Part shown: positions 61,353 to 64,000 of the stretch, one piece after another
Numbering within the stretch: the first letter of the stretch is position 1
Layout of the letters: each line of letters starts with the position of its first letter
Source: Acidobacteriota bacterium
GTDB lineage: Bacteria > Acidobacteriota > Thermoanaerobaculia > Thermoanaerobaculales > Sulfomarinibacteraceae
Reading direction: 5' to 3'
Assembly: GCA_015493585.1 (NCBI GenBank)
Contig: WGCW01000004.1
Location: forward strand, 497-64,496
DNA: 64,000 nucleotides
Notes under the pieces: model-generated
The model's database searches: none
The model's input: the letters and a program-made list of their open reading frames with translations, nothing else
Told to the model about the DNA's origin: nothing
Made by a program: the position numbers and the translations under genes

Positions 61353-62792
61353 TCACACCTCCAGGTCGGCCGCTTCGGGAAGATCGGTGGCGCCGGCAAG
61401 CAGCGGGGCGACGATTTCGTCGAGGAAGGCGGCAACTTGCGCGGGCGCACGGCCGATGAACCGGGCGGGATCAAGCAGCAGTGCGAGCTCCTCCCGGCTG
61501 ACCGGGATCGTGTCGTCAGCAGCGACGAGGTCGAAGTAGGGGTTGGGCGCGCCCTCTTCGAGGACGGTATGCGCCGCTGCGCGGGCGTGGAGCCGTAACC
61601 GCTCGTGAACGGTTTGCCGGTCGCCGCCCCGTTCGACCGCGGTCATGAGGATCGCTTCGGAGGCCATGAACGGCAGCTCTTCGTTGAGGTTGCGCCGGAT
61701 CATAGCGGGGAAGACGTGCAGTCCGCTGGCGAGGTTGTGCAGGATGCGCAGGATGGCGTCCGTGGTCAGAAACGCCTCGGGGATCGCCATGCGGCGGTTG
61801 GCCGAGTCATCGAGTGTTCGCTCCAGCCACTGGGCGGCGGCAGTATGGGCGGGGTTGGCCGCCATCGAGATCAACCACCGCGCCAGGGACGTCACCCGTT
61901 CGGACCGCATCGGGTTTGCCTTGTACGGCATCGCTGACGAACCGACCTGGCCCTCCGCCATCGGCTCGCGGACCTCCTTGAGCCGCGCCAGGAGCCGGAT
62001 GTCCGTGGCCATCTTCGCCGCGGACTGACCGATGCCTGCAAGGGCATCGAGGAGGAACGCATCGACCTTGCGCGGGTATGTCTGCCCGGTCACCGCGTAC
62101 GTCGAGTCAAAACCGAGCTTCGCAGCAACGCGCCGGTCGAGCTCAAGCACCTTGGCATGGTCCCCGCCGAAGAGCTCGAGGAACGTCGCCTGGGTCCCGG
62201 TCGTTCCCTTGACGCCCCGGAGCTTCAGCCGGCCCATCTCGAAACGGAGGCGCTCGAGATCGAAGACGAGATCCTGAATCCAGAGGCAGGCGCGCTTGCC
62301 GAGCGTCGTCGGTTGAGCCGGTTGAAAGTGCGTGTGACCGAGCACCGGCTGATGAGCCCAGCGGCGGGCGAACGCGCTCAGGCTGGCAATGACGCCGAGG
62401 AGACGCCGCTCGATGAGCACCGACGCCTGATGCATCAGGATCAGATCGGTGTTGTCACCGACGAACGCCGAGGTCGCGCCGAGGTGAAGAAACGGCCGTG
62501 CAGCTGGTGCAGACTCGGCGAAGGCGTGAAGGTGGGCCATGACATCGTGGCGTGTCTTTTGTTCCAGCTGACGGACCCGGTCGAAATCGGCAGCGGTGAC
62601 GTCGAGATGAGCGCGCATCTGGCGGAGCGCCTCCTCGGGAATCTCGAGCCCCAGCTCCCGTTCGGCCTCGGCGAGGGCAAGCCAGAGGCGGCGCCACGTC
62701 GTGTACCGGGTCCGTGGTGAAAAGACCCTGAGCATTTCAGGCGATGCGTACCGTCCTGCCAGCGGATGATCGAAGCCGTCGATGGTGCTCAT
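61353..62792 (-). CDS. purB: adenylosuccinate lyase
   Basis: PLAGRYASPEM..., GSSAMPYKANPMRSE signature. The start is taken at the internal ATG 62792; the tracked ORF goes to 62858. Confidence 0.92.
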   Translation of the reverse strand: MSTIDGFDHPLAGRYASPEMLRVFSPRTRYTTWRRLWLALAEAERELGLEIPEEALRQMRAHLDVTAADFDRVRQLEQKTRHDVMAHLHAFAESAPAARPFLHLGATSAFVGDNTDLILMHQASVLIERRLLGVIASLSAFARRWAHQPVLGHTHFQPAQPTTLGKRACLWIQDLVFDLERLRFEMGRLKLRGVKGTTGTQATFLELFGGDHAKVLELDRRVAAKLGFDSTYAVTGQTYPRKVDAFLLDALAGIGQSAAKMATDIRLLARLKEVREPMAEGQVGSSAMPYKANPMRSERVTSLARWLISMAANPAHTAAAQWLERTLDDSANRRMAIPEAFLTTDAILRILHNLASGLHVFPAMIRRNLNEELPFMASEAILMTAVERGGDRQTVHERLRLHARAAAHTVLEEGAPNPYFDLVAADDTIPVSREELALLLDPARFIGRAPAQVAAFLDEIVAPLLAGATDLPEAADLEV

Positions 62793-62889
62793 CGGATCCT
62801 CCACGCAAAGTATACGGTGTCTTTGCCGCCAGCGCCCCGCCTTTGGCAAAGGCGTCAACGGAGCTGCTACTCTGACAGCGGGAGGGCCG

Positions 62890-64000
62890 ATGCTTCACGT
62901 GACGTCTGAGGTTGGGAGGCTGCGGACAGTGCTCGTTCATGAGCCCGGCGCAGAGGTCGACCAGATGGTGCCGGCGATGATGGAGGAGCTGCTCTTCGAC
63001 GACATCCTCTTCGGGGAACGGGCGCGGGAGGAGCACCGGCTCTTCAGGCGGCTGATGCAACTGCTCGGCGTCCAGGTGCTCGAGGCGCGCGACATGCTGA
63101 TCGAGAGTCTGAAGAGCGAGCAGGCGCGTGATTGGGTCCTGTCGATCGTACTTTCGGAGCTGCCGCCGAAACGGTGGCCGGAACTTCGGGAGGCGCCACC
63201 GGATCGCCTCGCCGCGATGCTGATCTCCGGGATCCGCCGCGATGATGGCGACGGGATTGAGATCCGGGATCTCTACTGCATGCCGCCGGTGCCGAACTGG
63301 TCGTTTCAACGCGATCCACAGGTCGTCGTTGGATCCGGCGTTATCCCGGCGGCGATGGCGACGCCCGCGCGGTGGCGGGAGGGGATCCTCTCCAGGACGA
63401 TCTTTCAGTTCCATCCGGGCCTCGGCGGGAAGATGCTCGCCGATCCGCTGGAGCCCCCATCCGGTCAGCGGCTCTTCCTTGGGCTCCACCGCCCGCGTCT
63501 GGAGGGGGGCGACGTCCTCGTTCTCGCTCCCGATGTGATCGCCGTCGGTGTTTCGGAACGGACGAACCTGACCGCCGTCGAGCACCTGGCTCACGAGCTT
63601 GGGGGACAAGACGGCGCTCCGCGGTTCATCGAGATCGTGCACCTGCCACGGCGCAGGGCCTACATGCACCTGGATACCGTCATCACCCCGGTCGACCGCG
63701 ATGCGGCCCTGGTCTCACCGCAGGTGATCCTCGCCGGTCATGGAGAGACGGCAGAGACGTTTGAGCTCGATCTTCAGGCCGCGACGCCGGCGCCCCAGCC
63801 GCGCGGAGACCTGCTCCACGCCCTCGCGGCCCGAGGGATTGACCTCGAACCGGTCCCCTGCGGCGGGGAAGACATCGTCGCCCAGCAGCGGGAGCAGTGG
63901 ACCGACGGCGCCAACGCCCTGGCACTGGCGCCGGGCGTCATCGCTCTTTATGACCGCAACGTCCGGACGGCCGAGGAGCTCGACCGCCGCGGCTTCTCCG
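62890..64000 (+). CDS. arginine deiminase / amidinotransferase-family protein, 3' end beyond the window (not in ORF track)
   Basis: My translation from ATG 62890 reads MLHVTSEVGRLRTVLVHEPGAEVDQMVPAMMEELLFDDILF...EGGDVLVL...YMHLDTVITP...EQWTDGANALALAPGVIALYDRNVRT. The frame stays open to position 64000. Confidence 0.85.
   Translation, partial: MLHVTSEVGRLRTVLVHEPGAEVDQMVPAMMEELLFDDILFGERAREEHRLFRRLMQLLGVQVLEARDMLIESLKSEQARDWVLSIVLSELPPKRWPELREAPPDRLAAMLISGIRRDDGDGIEIRDLYCMPPVPNWSFQRDPQVVVGSGVIPAAMATPARWREGILSRTIFQFHPGLGGKMLADPLEPPSGQRLFLGLHRPRLEGGDVLVLAPDVIAVGVSERTNLTAVEHLAHELGGQDGAPRFIEIVHLPRRRAYMHLDTVITPVDRDAALVSPQVILAGHGETAETFELDLQAATPAPQPRGDLLHALAARGIDLEPVPCGGEDIVAQQREQWTDGANALALAPGVIALYDRNVRTAEELDRRGFS

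Noticed and set aside
62888-62903. parS-like tgcttcacgtgacgtc at the arginine deiminase start; also half-sites at about 57722 (gtgtttcacgacg) and about 33373 (ccgtgaaacg).
   Set aside because: Only about 11/16 matches, or a single half-site. The right arm (GAAACA) is missing.

Overview
This is a visibly GC-rich bacterial chromosomal segment that spans the replication origin. From 13.9 kb to ~35.8 kb almost everything is transcribed leftward. That block holds rpmH/rnpA-yidD-yidC-jag-mnmE-mnmG-rsmG-parA-parB-bactofilin, an F-type ATP synthase b'-b-delta-alpha-gamma-beta-epsilon operon, an NSS transporter, tRNA-Pro, lexA, cutA, a STAS/anti-sigma-kinase pair, a polyprenyl synthase and a membrane protein; the only exception is a cyclophilin PPIase on the plus strand. 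From 36.1 to 54.3 kb the genes run rightward except one MBL phosphodiesterase-like gene: dnaA, an oriC-like spacer, dnaN, recF, gyrB, gyrA, a CPBP protease, pdxS/pdxT, a crotonase, a hypothetical, dprA, topA and trmFO. The first 13.9 kb carry a decayed IS1595-family transposase, tRNA-Leu and secG-tpiA-pgk-gap (leftward). They also carry tRNA-Lys/tRNA-Leu, tig-clpP-clpX-lon-engB-rho, a futalosine-pathway radical SAM enzyme and an LMW phosphatase (rightward). The last 10 kb hold a DUF2147 protein, a HAD phosphatase, ddl, maeB, a CsgG-like protein, rlpA, purB and a 3'-truncated (window-edge) arginine-deiminase-family gene that is absent from the ORF track. I see no CRISPR array, prophage, defence island or convincing novel multi-gene system; this is a core housekeeping region. 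The items worth a second look are architectural: (1) rpmH, missed by the ORF track, lies wholly inside the rnpA frame, out of frame, with start codons 7 nt apart. (2) A 219-bp MITE-like palindromic element with 16-bp terminal inverted repeats and a 23-bp perfect internal hairpin is present as two ~94% identical copies plus one remnant; one copy sits between the rpmH promoter and dnaA. (3) The dnaA-dnaN spacer looks like oriC, with a TGTGAAAAA/TTTTCCACA box cluster and an AT-rich unwinding stretch. (4) Two near-consensus parS sites occur, one written into the first codons of parA. (5) A bactofilin gene is translationally coupled to parB. All calls come from reading the sequence and motif recall only. 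Start codons are often ambiguous in this GC-rich DNA, and no database search was possible.
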